Source: Bacillota bacterium
Lineage (GTDB): Bacteria; Bacillota; Clostridia; Christensenellales; UMGS416
Direction: 5' to 3'
NCBI GenBank assembly: GCA_023435705.1
Contig: JAEYRH010000009.1
Location: forward strand, 264,572-328,571
Length of the DNA: 64,000 bases
In this document: piece by piece, positions 34,559 to 44,380 of the stretch
Numbering within the stretch: position 1 is the first letter of the stretch
How the letters are laid out: each line of letters begins with the position of its first letter
Position numbers and translations under genes: made by a program
Notes under the pieces: generated by a model
The model's input: the letters and a program-made list of their open reading frames with translations, nothing else
What the model was told of the DNA's origin: nothing
The model's database searches: none

Positions 34559-35773
34559 ATGGCAAAGGCGAAATTTGACCGCAACAAGCCCCACGTTAAC
34601 ATCGGCACCATTGGTCACGTTGACCATGGCAAGACCACTCTCACGGCTGCCATCACGATGGTTCTGGCCAAGTTCGGCCGCGCTGAAGTCATGCGTTATG
34701 ACCAGATTGACAAGGCGCCCGAAGAGAAGGCCCGCGGCATCACGATAAACACCGCCCACGTTGAGTATCAGACCGAAAACCGGCACTATGCCCACGTGGA
34801 CTGCCCCGGACACGCCGACTATGTCAAGAACATGATCACCGGCGCCGCGCAGATGGACGGTGCAATCCTGGTTGTGTCCGCTGCTGACGGCCCGATGCCT
34901 CAGACCCGCGAGCACATCCTGCTGGCTGACCGCGTTGGCGTTCGCTACATCGTCGTGTTCATGAACAAAGTCGATATGGTCGATGACGAAGAGCTGCTCG
35001 AGTTGGTCGAGATGGAAGTCCGCGACCTGCTGAGCCACTACAAGTTCCCCGGTGACGATATCCCGATCGTGAAAGGTTCCGCTTTGAAGGCGATGAACGC
35101 CGCGATGGAAGCCAATGTGGATGTCACCACGCACCCCGACTGCAAGTGCATCTTCGACCTGATGGCCGCGGTTGACAGCTACATCCCCACGCCTGAGCGC
35201 GATGTGGACAAGCCCTTCCTGATGCCTGTCGAAGACGTGTTCTCCATCACCGGCCGCGGCACAGTCGCCACGGGCAGGGTGGAGCGCGGCAAGGTTAAGG
35301 TGCAGGACAACGTTGAGATCGTCGGCATGATGGAAAAGCCCCGCGCTGTCGTCGTGACCGGTGTCGAAATGTTCCGCAAGCTGCTGGACGAAGCACTCGC
35401 CGGCGACAACATCGGCGTTCTGCTCCGCGGCGTGCAGCGTGATGACATCGAGCGCGGCCAGGTGCTGGCCAAGCCCGGCTCCATCACCCCCCACACCCAC
35501 TTCAAGGGCCAGGTGTACGTGCTGAAGCAGGAAGAGGGCGGCCGCCACACTCCGTTCTTCAACGGCTATCGCCCGCAGTTCTACTTCCGCACCACCGACG
35601 TGACCGGCTCCCTGAACCTGCCTGACAAGGTGGAAATGGTGATGCCCGGTGACAACATCGAGATGGAGATCAAGCTGATCACCCCCATCGCCATGGATGA
35701 AGGCCTCCGCTTCGCTATCCGCGAAGGCGGCCGCACCGTGGGTTCCGGTGTCGTCACCAAGATCGAAGGCTAA
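34559..35773 (+). CDS. tuf: Elongation factor Tu
   Basis: [45 protein letters not shown]. Confidence 0.98.
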   Translation: MAKAKFDRNKPHVNIGTIGHVDHGKTTLTAAITMVLAKFGRAEVMRYDQIDKAPEEKARGITINTAHVEYQTENRHYAHVDCPGHADYVKNMITGAAQMDGAILVVSAADGPMPQTREHILLADRVGVRYIVVFMNKVDMVDDEELLELVEMEVRDLLSHYKFPGDDIPIVKGSALKAMNAAMEANVDVTTHPDCKCIFDLMAAVDSYIPTPERDVDKPFLMPVEDVFSITGRGTVATGRVERGKVKVQDNVEIVGMMEKPRAVVVTGVEMFRKLLDEALAGDNIGVLLRGVQRDDIERGQVLAKPGSITPHTHFKGQVYVLKQEEGGRHTPFFNGYRPQFYFRTTDVTGSLNLPDKVEMVMPGDNIEMEIKLITPIAMDEGLRFAIREGGRTVGSGVVTKIEG

Positions 35774-35798
35774 TCCGAGTCTGAAAATCGCAAACATG

Positions 35799-35835
35799 GA
35801 AAGCAGGAGTGTAATGCTCCCGCTTTCTTTGTTTG
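35799..35835 (+). terminator. Intrinsic terminator after tuf
   Basis: GAAAGCAGGAG pairs with CTCCCGCTTTC (one mismatch), 7-nt loop, then TTTGTTTG. Confidence 0.6.
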
Positions 35836-35853
35836 CATATGGTGAATACTCTA

Positions 35854-35882
35854 TTGACATCGTTGGCTTTACGTGGTAAATT
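35854..35882 (+). promoter_or_regulatory. Promoter of rpmG-secE-nusG
   Basis: TTGACA (35854-35859), 17-nt spacer, TAAATT (35877-35882). Confidence 0.5.
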
Positions 35883-35933
35883 AATCAGTGCGTCTGTTTT
35901 CAAGGCAGCGCAACACGACAGGGGGTGCAATCA

Positions 35934-36083
35934 ATGAGAGTGCGGATCACGCTGGCCTGCGGCGACTGCAAGCAGCGCAATTATGATACGATGAAAAACA
36001 GGAAAAACGATCCAGACAGGCTGGAGCTGAAGAAATACTGCCGCTTCTGCAAGAAGCATACTGCTCACAAGGAAACCAGATAA
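35934..36083 (+). CDS. rpmG: 50S ribosomal protein L33
   Basis: 49 aa and therefore not in the ORF track. [49 protein letters not shown], the zinc-ribbon (C4) form. Confidence 0.9.
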   Translation: MRVRITLACGDCKQRNYDTMKNRKNDPDRLELKKYCRFCKKHTAHKETR

Positions 36084-36118
36084 CCACCGGGGACCGGGGG
36101 AAGTTGCGAGGGATTCAA

Positions 36119-36412
36119 ATGGCGACAGAAAAGAAGGACGTGCATCCTGTGCAGAAGAAGGATGTCCTAAAAAAAGATAAGGCGAAGGCGCCCGCTTCCA
36201 AGAAGGCAAGAAAAGTTGACCTGAAGAAAACGGCGATTAGCATCGGCCACTTTTTTCGCGACGTCTTCTTTGAATTGAAGAAAGTCACCTGGCCCACCCG
36301 CAAAGAGTTCGTCTCGTATTCCATTGCGGTCGTGGTGTTTGTTGTGATTTTCGGCGCGATCATCTACGCGATGGACCAGTTGCTCTTGTTGGGCCTGAGG
36401 TTCATTGCCTGA
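36119..36412 (+). CDS. secE: Preprotein translocase subunit SecE
   Basis: Lys-rich N-terminus, then FFRDVFFELKKVTWPTRKEFVSYSIAVVVFVVIFGAIIYAMD. Lies between rpmG and nusG. Confidence 0.87.
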   Translation: MATEKKDVHPVQKKDVLKKDKAKAPASKKARKVDLKKTAISIGHFFRDVFFELKKVTWPTRKEFVSYSIAVVVFVVIFGAIIYAMDQLLLLGLRFIA

Positions 36413-36468
36413 CGACCGAGGCTCAAGTGAGGAGGTTGGGGCGCGCCTGAAAGGCAGCTCCCTTCGAA

Positions 36469-37005
36469 ATGGCGGATTTGGAAAATGCCAAATGGTATGT
36501 CATCCACACTTATTCCGGTTATGAGAATAAGGTGAAGGACAACCTTGAAAAGACAGTTGAAAACAACCCGGGCCTTCAGGAATACATCGCTGAGGTCAAA
36601 GTTCCCATGCAGGAGACCTTGAAGGTGGACAAACGCACCAACAAGCATGTCACCAAAATGGAGAAGCTTTTCCCAGGCTATGTGATGGTGAAAATGATCA
36701 TGAATGACAAGATCTGGTCCGTTGTGCGCAACACGCGCGGCGTCACCGGTTTTGTGGGTCCGTCTTCGTCCAAGCCTGTGCCGCTGACCGATGAGGAAGT
36801 TGTGGCAATGGGTGTGGAGCGCATCCCGCTGAAGCTCGATATCGAGGCGGGTGAGCAAGTTAAGATTATTTCCGGTGCGCTCGAAAACTTCATTGGCGTT
36901 GTGGAGGATGTATATCCTGACCGCCAGAAGGTGCGCGTAAAGGTTTCCATGTTCGGCCGCGACACGCCGGTCGAGCTGGACTTCGTGGAAGTCCGCAAGC
37001 ATTAA
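36469..37005 (+). CDS. nusG: Transcription termination/antitermination factor NusG
   Basis: KWYVIHTYSGYENKV NGN domain and a C-terminal KOW region (VKIISGALENFIGVVEDV). Confidence 0.95.
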   Translation: MADLENAKWYVIHTYSGYENKVKDNLEKTVENNPGLQEYIAEVKVPMQETLKVDKRTNKHVTKMEKLFPGYVMVKMIMNDKIWSVVRNTRGVTGFVGPSSSKPVPLTDEEVVAMGVERIPLKLDIEAGEQVKIISGALENFIGVVEDVYPDRQKVRVKVSMFGRDTPVELDFVEVRKH

Positions 37006-37115
37006 TCAGGCAAGCACCCCGTAAGGGGTTCGTCACTGCAGTGGGAGGGCACGCCGTTGGCGGAATAACGTGACGGCGACCCACTATTACCACAATCGCT
37101 CAGGAGGGAATTATC

Positions 37116-37544
37116 ATGGCCAAGAAGGTAACCGCAGTTGTCAAACTGCAAGTCAATGCCGGCAAAGCCACTCCGGCGCCGCCCATCGGCCCGGCTCTCG
37201 GCCAGCACGGCGTGAATATCATGGGCTTCTGCAAGGAGTTCAACGCCCGCACCGCAGAACAAGTGGGCTTGATTATCCCCATTGTGCTCACCGTCTATTC
37301 CGACAGGTCTTTCACGTTTATCACCAAGACGCCCCCGGCGCCGGTTTTGATCAAAAAGGCAATCGGTATCGAAAGCGGCTCTGCCCGGCCCAACACCGAA
37401 AAAGTTGCCAAGATCAAGAAGTCGCAGGTGCGCAAGATCGCCGAGACCAAGATGCCCGATCTCAATGCTGCCAGCGTTGAAGCCGCAATGAGCATGATCG
37501 CCGGCACAGCCCGCAGCATGGGCGTCACCGTCGTAGACGACTGA
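37116..37544 (+). CDS. rplK: 50S ribosomal protein L11
   Basis: [44 protein letters not shown]. Confidence 0.97.
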   Translation: MAKKVTAVVKLQVNAGKATPAPPIGPALGQHGVNIMGFCKEFNARTAEQVGLIIPIVLTVYSDRSFTFITKTPPAPVLIKKAIGIESGSARPNTEKVAKIKKSQVRKIAETKMPDLNAASVEAAMSMIAGTARSMGVTVVDD

Positions 37545-37613
37545 TCTCACTGGCTGATTACCCAAATAAGTGGGAGGAACCAAGTTCCGCTAACACCACA
37601 AGGAGGTTGCAAT

Positions 37614-38303
37614 ATGCAAAGAGGCAAGAAGTATCAGGATAGCGCCAAACTGATTGACCGCACCAGGCAATATGTCGCCGCTGAGGCGATGGCACTGGCA
37701 GTCAATACAGCCAAAGCCAAGTTTGACGAGACGGTGGAAGTCTCCATCCGCCTTGGTGTAGACCCCCGCCATGCCGACCAGCAGGTGCGCGGCACAGTCG
37801 TGCTGCCCAACGGCACCGGCAAGACCCAGCGCGTGCTGGTTTTCGCCAAGGGTGACGCCGCCCGTGCTGCCGAAGAAGCCGGCGCAGACTATGTGGGCGC
37901 AGAGGAATACGTCGAAAAGATCACCAGCGAAAACTGGTTTGAGTTCGATGTGTGCGTGGCCACTCCCGACATGATGAGGATCCTGGGCAAGCTGGGCCGC
38001 GTGCTCGGCCCGAAGGGCTTGATGCCGAACCCCAAGAGCGGCACAGTGACCAACGATGTGGGCCGCGCCGTGCAAGAGATCAAGTCTGGTAAGGTGGAGT
38101 ACCGCATCGACAAGACCAGCATTTGCCACGTGCCGATCGGCAAGGCGTCGTTCGGTCAGGAAAAACTGCTGGAAAACTTCCAGACACTGCTGGACGCCAT
38201 TGTGCGCGCAAAGCCTGCGGCTGCCAAGGGCACCTACTTGAAGAGCGTCGTCGTGCATGCCACGATGGGCCCTGGAATCAAGATCATGACGGCCGGCGGC
38301 TGA
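37614..38303 (+). CDS. rplA: 50S ribosomal protein L1
   Basis: 229 aa. [32 protein letters not shown]. Confidence 0.97.
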   Translation: MQRGKKYQDSAKLIDRTRQYVAAEAMALAVNTAKAKFDETVEVSIRLGVDPRHADQQVRGTVVLPNGTGKTQRVLVFAKGDAARAAEEAGADYVGAEEYVEKITSENWFEFDVCVATPDMMRILGKLGRVLGPKGLMPNPKSGTVTNDVGRAVQEIKSGKVEYRIDKTSICHVPIGKASFGQEKLLENFQTLLDAIVRAKPAAAKGTYLKSVVVHATMGPGIKIMTAGG

Positions 38304-38346
38304 TCTGCCAAGGGCTTTCAGGGTAGGAGTAAAAGAGGCACTGTTG

Positions 38347-38390
38347 ATGGCGGGGTAAGAGGATGCCCCGCCATTACTTTATTCTTCTTT
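38347..38390 (+). terminator. Intrinsic terminator after rplA
   Basis: ATGGCGGGG (38347-38355) pairs with CCCCGCCAT (38366-38374), 10-nt loop, T-rich tail TACTTTATTCTTCTTT. Confidence 0.6.
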
Positions 38391-38558
38391 GTGTGTAACC
38401 ATTTAGTCTTGTTCAGCGCATTAATGCATGCATCTCGGTGAACTTCATCACAGAAGTTGGATCGCTCATGAGTTATTGTTGATATAAGTCAACGGACTGT
38501 ATTCATTTTCAGTGGCAGTATTGCGTGAGTGCAGTTAGATTGAAAGGGATGATGATTC

Positions 38559-38831
38559 ATGATCACTATTACTACAATTCTGGTATGGGTTCTATTTGGA
38601 GCCTTTGTTGGTTGGGTTGCCAGTATCATCACGAAGAATAACGCCCGCATGGGTGCTGCAGCAAACATCATTGTAGGATTGATTGGTTCGTTGATCGGCG
38701 GCTTCCTTGCTCCGATGCTGGGCGTAGGCTCTTATTCACAATTTAGCTTTGGCGGCTTTTTGATCTCGCTGGCAGGCGCGGTTTTATTATTGTTTGTTGT
38801 GAATCTGTTCCGGCGGGGCCGTCAAGACTGA
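38559..38831 (+). CDS. GlsB/YeaQ/YmgE family (transglycosylase-associated) stress membrane protein
   Basis: 90 aa. LVWVLFGAFVGWVASIITKNNARMGAAANIIVGLIGSLIGGFL. Confidence 0.85.
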   Translation: MITITTILVWVLFGAFVGWVASIITKNNARMGAAANIIVGLIGSLIGGFLAPMLGVGSYSQFSFGGFLISLAGAVLLLFVVNLFRRGRQD

Positions 38832-38856
38832 TTCTTTTTTCCAGTTAACGAGGATC

Positions 38857-38890
38857 ATGGTGGAGTTGAAACAGCTCCACCATTCTTTTA
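38857..38890 (+). terminator. Intrinsic terminator
   Basis: ATGGTGGAG pairs with CTCCACCAT, 9-nt loop, then TCTTTTA. Confidence 0.6.
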
Positions 38891-39026
38891 TACGCAGATA
38901 AGGATTCTATCAGACTTTTTCATAGAAGGTTAAAACTACCATTTCAGCCACGATGTGTCAACGTTAGTCCCCACACATCTGCAAATACTATCAGTGCTGA
39001 AAACATCATGGAAAGGATCATGAATT

Positions 39027-39284
39027 ATGTGGATCATTCTCTGGATTCTCTTTGGCGCCTTGATTGGCTGGATCGCCAGCATCATAACAAAGAACAACTC
39101 TCGCATGGGCGCCGGAGCCAACATCCTCATCGGCTTGCTTGGCTCGCTGGTGGGCGGCTTCATTGCCTCACTGCTGGGCTTCGGTGGGATCTCGGAGTTC
39201 AGCCTGGTAGGTCTCCTATTCTCTCTGGGCGGTGCGGTGCTGATCCTGCTGATTGTCAACATGTTTACCAAGGGCAAGAAATAG
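39027..39284 (+). CDS. GlsB/YeaQ/YmgE family stress membrane protein (paralog)
   Basis: 85 aa. ILWILFGALIGWIASIITKNNSRMGAGANILIGLLGSLVGGFI. The RBS region also resembles that of the upstream copy. Confidence 0.85.
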   Translation: MWIILWILFGALIGWIASIITKNNSRMGAGANILIGLLGSLVGGFIASLLGFGGISEFSLVGLLFSLGGAVLILLIVNMFTKGKK

Positions 39285-39346
39285 GCTGGTGCCACTTCAG
39301 CGGAGCGTGCATAGGATGAAGCATCTGCTTGATGGAGCTGATTCCA

Positions 39347-39841
39347 ATGCCCGTGTTGCCCTATGACCGCACCGCTGCTGTGGCCTATGCCCACCGTTGG
39401 GCCTTTGGCCGTAACCCACGTTATTATGATTATTCAGAGCTTGGTGGCGACTGCACCAGCTTTACTTCTCAATGCATTTATGCCGGTGCAGGTGTGATGA
39501 ACTATACCCCGGTGACGGGGTGGTATTATAGTAACGCAAACAACAAAAGCCCTTCATGGACCGGTGTGCCATACTTGTATAATTTCATTACCGGTAATGG
39601 CGGTGCTGGCCCATTTGCCACAAAGGTGCCCATGGAGGGCTTGCTGCCCGGTGACTTCTTGCAGTTGGGAGACGGCACTGGCCGATTTTACCATAGCCCG
39701 TTCATTGTGGCCGTGGGAAGCCCCGCCTCACCGGACAACATTTTGGTGGCTGCACACACTTATGACTCTGACAACCGCCCGCTTTCCACCTACACATATC
39801 GAGCTGTGCGGTTCTTGCATATTCTGGGTGTGAGACGATAG
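39347..39841 (+). CDS. Putative amidase-domain protein (Amidase_6-like, NlpC/P60-type fold)
   Basis: YDRTAAVAYAHRWAFGRNPRYYDYSELGGDCTSFTSQCIYAG...HSPFIV. Start is 39347, or 39329/39332. Confidence 0.7.
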   Translation: MPVLPYDRTAAVAYAHRWAFGRNPRYYDYSELGGDCTSFTSQCIYAGAGVMNYTPVTGWYYSNANNKSPSWTGVPYLYNFITGNGGAGPFATKVPMEGLLPGDFLQLGDGTGRFYHSPFIVAVGSPASPDNILVAAHTYDSDNRPLSTYTYRAVRFLHILGVRR

Positions 39842-39938
39842 TTGTCATTTCCGGCTCCTCCTGCGACATTTAGCGCAGATAACGTGGCAATGATGCTGTT
39901 CTGGCGCTATAATCATGCCATTGGGAAATGGAGTGAAA

Positions 39939-40415
39939 ATGATGAATTACACCGTCAAGCAGAAGATCATGGCTTTCGGCAAGCAGTACCGTGCCTTTGA
40001 CGGAAGCGGCAATCAAATTTATGAGATCCGCTCAATGATACTGTCACCGGAGCGGCGCAAGGAAGTTTATGACATGGCCGGCCGTTTGGTAGCCTGGTCG
40101 GAGTGGCCGGTGATGAGCGAACACGCATCACTTGTGGCTGGTGCCCATGGCGGTTCGCTGGAAGTGCCGTTCATGAGCCTCACGCCCGAGTGGAATGGCA
40201 GTTATGACAGCGCTGCCTTTAGCATCTCGGGTGATTTCTTCCGGCGCTATTTCGACGTGCGCGTCGGCGGAAGGCAAGCCGCCACGATCGGCAAGGAGTT
40301 CTTTGCCTTCAGCGACACCTATGAGGTGAATGTGGATGAAAGCATGATGGCACCGGAAATCGTGTTACTCCTCGTGGCAATCATCGACCACAAGTATCAC
40401 AGCGACAAGAGTTGA
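39939..40415 (+). CDS. LURP-one-related (DUF567, tubby/scramblase-like) protein
   Basis: MMNYTVKQKIMAFGKQYRAFDGSGNQIYEIRS...IGKEFFAFSDTYEVNVDE...LLLVAIIDH matches the family pattern as I recall it. Confidence 0.65.
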   Translation: MMNYTVKQKIMAFGKQYRAFDGSGNQIYEIRSMILSPERRKEVYDMAGRLVAWSEWPVMSEHASLVAGAHGGSLEVPFMSLTPEWNGSYDSAAFSISGDFFRRYFDVRVGGRQAATIGKEFFAFSDTYEVNVDESMMAPEIVLLLVAIIDHKYHSDKS

Positions 40416-40432
40416 AGTTTTTGTCTCATCCT

Positions 40433-40468
40433 GCCCGCAGAGGGATCCTTCTGCGGGCTTTTCTTTTT
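40433..40468 (+). terminator. Intrinsic terminator
   Basis: GCCCGCAGA pairs with TCTGCGGGC, 8-nt loop, followed by TTTTCTTTTT. Confidence 0.75.
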
Positions 40469-40697
40469 CTAAATGTTAGTCGACAAGGATGATAAATGCT
40501 GTTATAATTACTCTGACAGATAGAACACTATCACGCAGAGCACATGGAGCGTTTTGCAGCTACGTAAGTTGTCTAGGGCAAATCATAACCACCCACGCAA
40601 AACGTAACATGTAGTTTGGGTTTTGCAAACAGCTTAATTAAGTCAAACAAAAGATTCATCAAAATGAACAGTGTAATTAAAAATATTAATAAAACTC

Positions 40698-40726
40698 TTG
40701 AAATAAATCAATTGTATGAGTATAAT
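40698..40726 (+). promoter_or_regulatory. Promoter of the heterodimeric ABC exporter operon
   Basis: TTGAAA (40698-40703), 17-nt spacer, TATAAT (40721-40726), inside a ~290-nt AT-rich spacer. Confidence 0.55.
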
Positions 40727-40761
40727 TGCAGACAAAATGATCTGTTGGAGGGCTGTATGCC

Positions 40762-42561
40762 ATGGACAACGCAAAGAAAAAGGAGATGTTGCTCCCGCCA
40801 CTGCTGCGCATCCTGCGGGAGAACCGTCGATACAACGTGTGGCTTGTGTTCATGGCCGCGGCCATATCGCTGGACGCTGTGGGCCAAATCCTGATGGCTT
40901 GGACATTTTCCGGTATGGTGGATAGCACCATCGGTAAAGACATGGCCGGCTTTGGCGAGCATTTGCTGGGTATCGGGGGGCTGCTTGTGATAGGGCTGCT
41001 GATGGCAGCGCTGGCTCGCTATAGCACCGGCCGCTATTCCAGCCTCAGCGCCCGCAACCTGCGGATGCGGTTGGGGGCCAAGTTTACCCGGCTTTCCATG
41101 CCCTGGCTGGAGAAGCGCCGCACCGGTGACCTTTTGTCGTTGTTGGGCAACGATCTGAGCCAGTTTATCAGTTATCTGGATGAGCAGCTGCGCTGGGTGT
41201 TCAGCGATGTGGCGCGGTTTGCACTGTCTCTGGCTTATATGATTTATTTAAACCCCTGGCTCACGCTGGCCACAGTGGCCTATGTGCCCGTGGGTGCAGC
41301 CATCTCGATGTTGGCCGGCAAGCCTGTGCAGCGGTTCACCGAGAAGCAAAACAAAAAGCTTGGCGGCGCCAACGCCATCGCGCAGGATGCTGTCAGCGGT
41401 CACAGCGAGGTGAAGGCCTTTGGCATGCAGCCCTGGATCATGGAGAAATTCACCGGAGCGCTCGATGGGTGGAAGATGTCAGGCCTTCGGGTGGCCAACG
41501 CGCAGGTGCCAGTGGGAGTAGCAGCCACAGTCAATCTGGTGATCCCCTACTTGCTGCTGAGTGCGGTGGGCTTGACGTTTGTGCTCAATGGCAATATGAC
41601 CGGCGGCCAGCTGCTGGCCTTCCTCATGGTGACCAACGGTGTGATGAACCCGCTGATGTCGTTGACCTGGCGCATCACTGAAATGCGCCGCGCCGCCGGC
41701 GCGGCCACCCGGCTGGCCGAGGTGCTGGATGGGCCTGAGGAGCGCTCCGGCGGGGAGCGCCTTACAGTTGCCCCCGGTGAGCCGTTGGTCAGTTTCCGTA
41801 ATGTGAGCTTCTCCTATGCCCGCGACAACGGTGACGGCACCTCTACCCCCCAGCAGGTGTTTGCCGGGCTTGATCTGGACATCCATCCCGGAGAAAAGGT
41901 GGCTGTGGTGGGCCAGAGCGGCAGCGGCAAGAGCACACTGCTCCGGCTCGCGGCTGGGTTTTATGAGCCTGACAGCGGGCAGGTGCTGTTTGGCGGTCAT
42001 GCATTGAACCGTTGGGAGCTTCAGGCGCTTCGAAGCCACATGGCCTTGGTTGATCAGGACACCTATCTGTTTCCCGGCACCATCGGGGAAAACATCGCCT
42101 GCGGCGTGTTTGGCGACCGTGAGCCCGCTTCGGAGGATCAAGTTGCAGAGGCGGTGCGTCTGGCCAGGCTCGATGGCTTTGTGGCCGGTCAGGCGGAAGG
42201 GCTGCACACTGCGGTGGGCGAGAGGGGGAGCAAGCTCTCCGGCGGCCAGCGCCAGCGTGTGGCCATCGCCCGCGCGGCATTGCGCAACGCGGAGTTCCTG
42301 ATGCTGGATGAGCCCACCAGCGCGCTGGATGTTACGACGGAGAAGGAGATCCAAAAGGAGTTGGAGACGTTGATGCGCGGTCGCACGGCGTTGATTGTGA
42401 CGCATCGGCTGTCGATGGCGCTTTATGCTGACCGTATTGTGGTGCTGGATGGTGGCGCGGTGGCCGAGCAGGGCACACATGAGCAACTGATGGAGCGGAA
42501 GGGATTGTATTACGCGCTTTACAACAAGCAACTGGAGAACGCTGGAGGTGAGGCAGCATGA
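40762..42561 (+). CDS. ABC exporter, fused permease/ATPase (MsbA/MdlB type), subunit 1
   Basis: 599 aa. 6-TM domain then Walker [35 protein letters not shown]. Confidence 0.92.
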   Translation: MDNAKKKEMLLPPLLRILRENRRYNVWLVFMAAAISLDAVGQILMAWTFSGMVDSTIGKDMAGFGEHLLGIGGLLVIGLLMAALARYSTGRYSSLSARNLRMRLGAKFTRLSMPWLEKRRTGDLLSLLGNDLSQFISYLDEQLRWVFSDVARFALSLAYMIYLNPWLTLATVAYVPVGAAISMLAGKPVQRFTEKQNKKLGGANAIAQDAVSGHSEVKAFGMQPWIMEKFTGALDGWKMSGLRVANAQVPVGVAATVNLVIPYLLLSAVGLTFVLNGNMTGGQLLAFLMVTNGVMNPLMSLTWRITEMRRAAGAATRLAEVLDGPEERSGGERLTVAPGEPLVSFRNVSFSYARDNGDGTSTPQQVFAGLDLDIHPGEKVAVVGQSGSGKSTLLRLAAGFYEPDSGQVLFGGHALNRWELQALRSHMALVDQDTYLFPGTIGENIACGVFGDREPASEDQVAEAVRLARLDGFVAGQAEGLHTAVGERGSKLSGGQRQRVAIARAALRNAEFLMLDEPTSALDVTTEKEIQKELETLMRGRTALIVTHRLSMALYADRIVVLDGGAVAEQGTHEQLMERKGLYYALYNKQLENAGGEAA

Positions 42562-44315
42562 AAGCGACACTGGCCAATACCTGGAGATCTCTTCGGAGAA
42601 TGCTGCAATATACCAAAGGGAACCGGGTGCAGTTCTATTCGGGCCTGCTGATCGACTGCTCCGACAGTTTGGTCACAAACGCCGTGTTCAGCTATGTGCT
42701 CATGCTCGTGTTTGCCGGCATCGAAAGCAAGGATCCCTCTTCGGTCGGTAAGGTGGTGGTGTCACTGGCACTGGGGGGGATCCTGTTTCTGGCGGTTTTT
42801 GTGCTGGGGCCTTGGCTGCAGCAGCGGGCCAGTGTGAGGGCTGTGGCACGGCTACGGCGAGAGGTGATGGAGCAGACACTCAACCTGCCCACGGTGTGGT
42901 TTGATGAGAGGCATAGCGGCGATGTGATCTCCCGCCTGACTGCCGACATGCAAGCCGCCGAGCAATGCCTGGGCTGGCAGCTGCGGTTCCCCCTGAAGGG
43001 GCTGATTGCCGGTGTGGGCTGCACCATTATGATGTTTGCACTGGAGTGGCGCATGGCGTTGATCGCGCTGCTGATTGGTTTTTTCTCCGTTTGGGCGATG
43101 AGCCGTTTCGCCACGCCAATCAAGAGAGCTTCTGATAAGATCCAGGCTGGACTGGGCAAGGTGAGTGAAGCGGCTTCCGATTTGCTGGCAGCCGCACCGG
43201 TGCTGCGTGTGTTCAACCTGGCCCGCTGGGCTGGAAATCGGATGGACTGGGCCAGCGAAGAGGTTTATCGCCACACCCGCACCCGCGTGCGCTATCAAAC
43301 CAGCCAGGACGTGGTCAACAACTTCAGCGGATGGGTTATGTTTGTGGGGTTGGTGTTGATCGGAAGCCTGGGCGTGATCAACCAATGGTTCAGTTTCGCC
43401 ACATTGATGGCGGTGATCCAGTTGAACAATGGGCTGGGCATGTTGTTTCAGACCATCGGCGGCTCATTTTCGCAGCTGCAGGGCTCTTTGGCCGGCGCAA
43501 ACCGCGTGTTTGAGATGCTGGATGCTGAAAAGGAGGCCAGTGACGGCGAGGTGCTCGCGCCACTGGTGGGCAGCCCGGCCATCCGCCTGCACGATGTGAC
43601 ATTCTCCTATGAGGCGGGCCATGATGTATTAGCCGGGCTGAGCGCAACGGTGCAGGCTGGTGAAAAGGTGGCGCTGGTGGGCGGCAGCGGCTGCGGCAAA
43701 AGCACTGCCTTGAAATTGCTGTTGAACTTCTATGGTGTGAGCTCCGGCCACATCGAGCTTTTCGGCCACCGGCTTGACAGCGGCTCCACCGCCCTGCGGC
43801 GCAACGTTGCCTATGTGCCGCAGACATGCTATCTGTTTTCCGGCACCGTGCGCGAAAACATCGCTGCAGGCCGGCCTGGTGCCACCGACGGGGAAATTGA
43901 GCAAGCAGCCATGGCTGCACTCGCCCATGATTTCATCCTGGAGCTGCCCCAGGGTTACGACACCGAGGTGGGTGAGCGAGGCGCCCAACTTTCCGGCGGC
44001 CAGCGCCAGCGGATCGCCATTGCCCGGGCCATCCTCAAGGACGCACCGCTGCTGTTGCTTGATGAGGCCACTGCATCGCTGGACTCCCAGTCGGAAGCCC
44101 AGGTGCAGGCAGCGCTGGAGCGGCTCATGCAGGGCCGCACCGTGGTGGTGGTGGCCCACCGATTATCCACGGTGCGCAATGCTGACCGCATCCTGGTGCT
44201 GGAGGGCGGTGCGATTGTGGAGCAGGGTGCCCATGATGAGTTGCTGGAGATCGGGGGGCGTTATGCCGAGTATTATCAAACGCAGTTTGCCGGTGCGGAC
44301 GCTTTGAGTGCATAA
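42558..44315 (+). CDS. ABC exporter, fused permease/ATPase, subunit 2
   Basis: 585 aa. ATGA overlap with subunit 1. GGSGCGKST, LSGGQRQRIAIARA, LLLDEATASLD. Confidence 0.92.
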   Translation: MKATLANTWRSLRRMLQYTKGNRVQFYSGLLIDCSDSLVTNAVFSYVLMLVFAGIESKDPSSVGKVVVSLALGGILFLAVFVLGPWLQQRASVRAVARLRREVMEQTLNLPTVWFDERHSGDVISRLTADMQAAEQCLGWQLRFPLKGLIAGVGCTIMMFALEWRMALIALLIGFFSVWAMSRFATPIKRASDKIQAGLGKVSEAASDLLAAAPVLRVFNLARWAGNRMDWASEEVYRHTRTRVRYQTSQDVVNNFSGWVMFVGLVLIGSLGVINQWFSFATLMAVIQLNNGLGMLFQTIGGSFSQLQGSLAGANRVFEMLDAEKEASDGEVLAPLVGSPAIRLHDVTFSYEAGHDVLAGLSATVQAGEKVALVGGSGCGKSTALKLLLNFYGVSSGHIELFGHRLDSGSTALRRNVAYVPQTCYLFSGTVRENIAAGRPGATDGEIEQAAMAALAHDFILELPQGYDTEVGERGAQLSGGQRQRIAIARAILKDAPLLLLDEATASLDSQSEAQVQAALERLMQGRTVVVVAHRLSTVRNADRILVLEGGAIVEQGAHDELLEIGGRYAEYYQTQFAGADALSA

Positions 44316-44380
44316 TTTGTTTGTTTTTTTCAGGAGATGAAGTAGAATAAAAGCAAATCATGCATTTCAGGAGGCCCGCC

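Noticed and set aside
34508-35860. 450-aa minus-strand ORF opposite tuf.
   Set aside because: It is antisense to the unmistakable EF-Tu gene, and its product is Gly/Asp/His/Val-rich with no domain signature. The same reasoning applies to antisense ORFs opposite dnaK (25625-26581, 26648-27676), ftsH (58802-60610), the ABC exporters (41479-42570, 43390-44159) and mrp/pepF (55857-57020).
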